Positions 62,330-64,000 of a DNA stretch of 64,000 nucleotides are shown piece after piece. The first letter of the stretch is position 1; each line of letters starts with the position of its first letter. This DNA is from Gordius albopunctatus. Taxonomy: Eukaryota. Location of the stretch: contig OZ193910.1 in assembly GCA_964276515.1 (NCBI GenBank), positions 4,898,001 through 4,962,000 of the forward strand, in the 5' to 3' direction. Below the pieces are notes generated by a model. It saw only the letters and a list, made by a program, of their open reading frames with translations, had not been told where the DNA came from and did not search any database. The translations under genes were made by a program, and so were the position numbers.

Positions 62330-64000
62330 TTTTGTGCCATAGTTTTGAAATGACCTGAGGTCCTTGACTATCCCAAACATCTTTCCTAAAGAGCAAAAAA
62401 AAGGTCTCGCCTACGCCTATCCAAAAAAAATTCCGGTTAATTTGGCTAATTAGGGGGAGGGGGCAGCCGCGCTCCCTGCCCCTTCCCTGGTTAATTAGGG
62501 GAGGGCAAAACATATTTTTTTAATTTTTAAGGGTTTTTGTATTGAAATTTGCCTAATGCCTACGCCCATGGGCGTAGACAAGGTCCTTCCCCCATTGTCA
62601 ATGCAAAAACTCTTAAAATTTAAATAAATTAAAGGTCGAATAAGAAAAATAGAGCAAAAAACCTTTGGTCTATATTATGTTGAGTCCACTAAAACCAAAA
62701 GACGACCACCCAGCTGTTTTTACAACACTATAACGGCCTTTTAAAAGTGTATTAAATTCTCCTCGGTAAATAAAAAAATATCACAAATTATAACCTTTCC
62801 AGTACAATAAGATAAAAATAAGATCTTTGGATATTTTTATACCAGCAAAAATCTAAAGATACTTTGCAAAATACGGTTTTATTTTATTTTTTACATATGG
62901 TTTGTGTTAATTTATCATGTATTTTATAATGGTTCTACCCAAATGCTATTAAAATGTATATCTGGAACTAATATAACTAGACCAACAATAAGTCTATGCA
63001 AACAAAGCTTTAGCTGATCAAAAATCTATAATTGGTAAAAATATGACAATACTATTGTTTTCAATTAAAGTTTTAGACATTTCAGCCCATTTCATCGTAT
63101 TTGACATAAAAAAGAACTCCACGATAGATTATTATTAATCGATATAGTGTTTTTTCTTATATTTACCTTTTTTAATACTTTAGTTTATTAATAACAATTA
63201 ACAAAATAAATATTAATTAGAGTAAAAATATAACCATAGAATGCATGTGTAGTATATTTGTGCTTGTTTTCATTTTACTTTTATAATTAATAAAAGGACA
63301 GCGACAATTTGACCGCAAAACGCAATTAGAGAGTTTCCTGACGCTATTGGCATTTATGGCCTGACGTCATTCCTTTTACACTTCCCAAGGACTTCCAAAA
63401 GTTATTTATATGTCCCTCTCCATCATTAGTTGTGCATCAAACTTTCTCCTTTTTACATCGAATTTTCCCCTCAAATTACTTGGAAAAAATGCTTTTCTTA
63501 ATTTTTCAGATTTTTTTTCATAAATTTTTCAGGGTAGGGGTATATTAAATATTGCGAGGGATGGTGGTATAACTTAACAAGGCAATTTCCTATGAATATG
63601 TAAATTATTAGGATTTTTCCTAAATCCGGGATAGGGCATTTAGCATTTTTGACGATTTTCCATCCCAAATTCTTAGCGTTTTATCACAAAATAATTTTTA
63701 GATCATTTATAGTAGCTCCACTTTCATTCAATTTCGCAGTGTCGTCTATCATAAAAATTGTCAGATTAATATAAAAAGTGGGAGAAAAATCGTTTAATTT
63801 CAAGATCGACAGCCTTTTTTACATATTTTAAATGTTGTCCCGTCCCATAAATTCTTATCATAATCCAATTTAATTTTGCATAAGACTGATTTAATAAATA
63901 TTTAAATTCATTTATTTACCATTTTAAGTGGACATTCATGAATACTCTCCTCATCAAATTGACTAATTTAACAAATTGGATTTTTTTTTGTAAGTTAAAA

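Overview
AT-rich eukaryotic (invertebrate animal-type) genomic DNA, dominated by transposon debris, with several host genes. The key to the window is a class of ultra-short GT-AG introns (33-58 nt) that hides genes from the ORF track. Splicing by hand recovers a complete survivin/BIRC5-like gene (20473-21255, minus), a 5-exon divergent bHLH gene with a CDE/CHR-like motif (58898-59632, plus), a 4-exon Star/FkbM-family methyltransferase-like gene (15489-17042), a multi-exon MCC-like coiled-coil gene (~43323-48453) and a full ~597-aa hobo/Hermes-type hAT transposase inside an intact 3032-bp element (55202-58233) with a perfect 8-bp TSD. Two orphan ORFs are also present: an N-myristoylation/palmitoylation-type MGNC protein and a possible remote ABI-like protein. 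Mobile DNA includes a decayed Ty3/Gypsy pol abutting an internally deleted Helitron, a decayed RTE-like LINE ending in a 530-bp (TACA)n tail, four DINE-1/HINE-like elements, a MULE transposase relic, a Chapaev3-like foldback, a TA-flanked MITE and many hAT-type MITEs. Splice models and family assignments come from reading the sequence and recalled family motifs; no searches were run.
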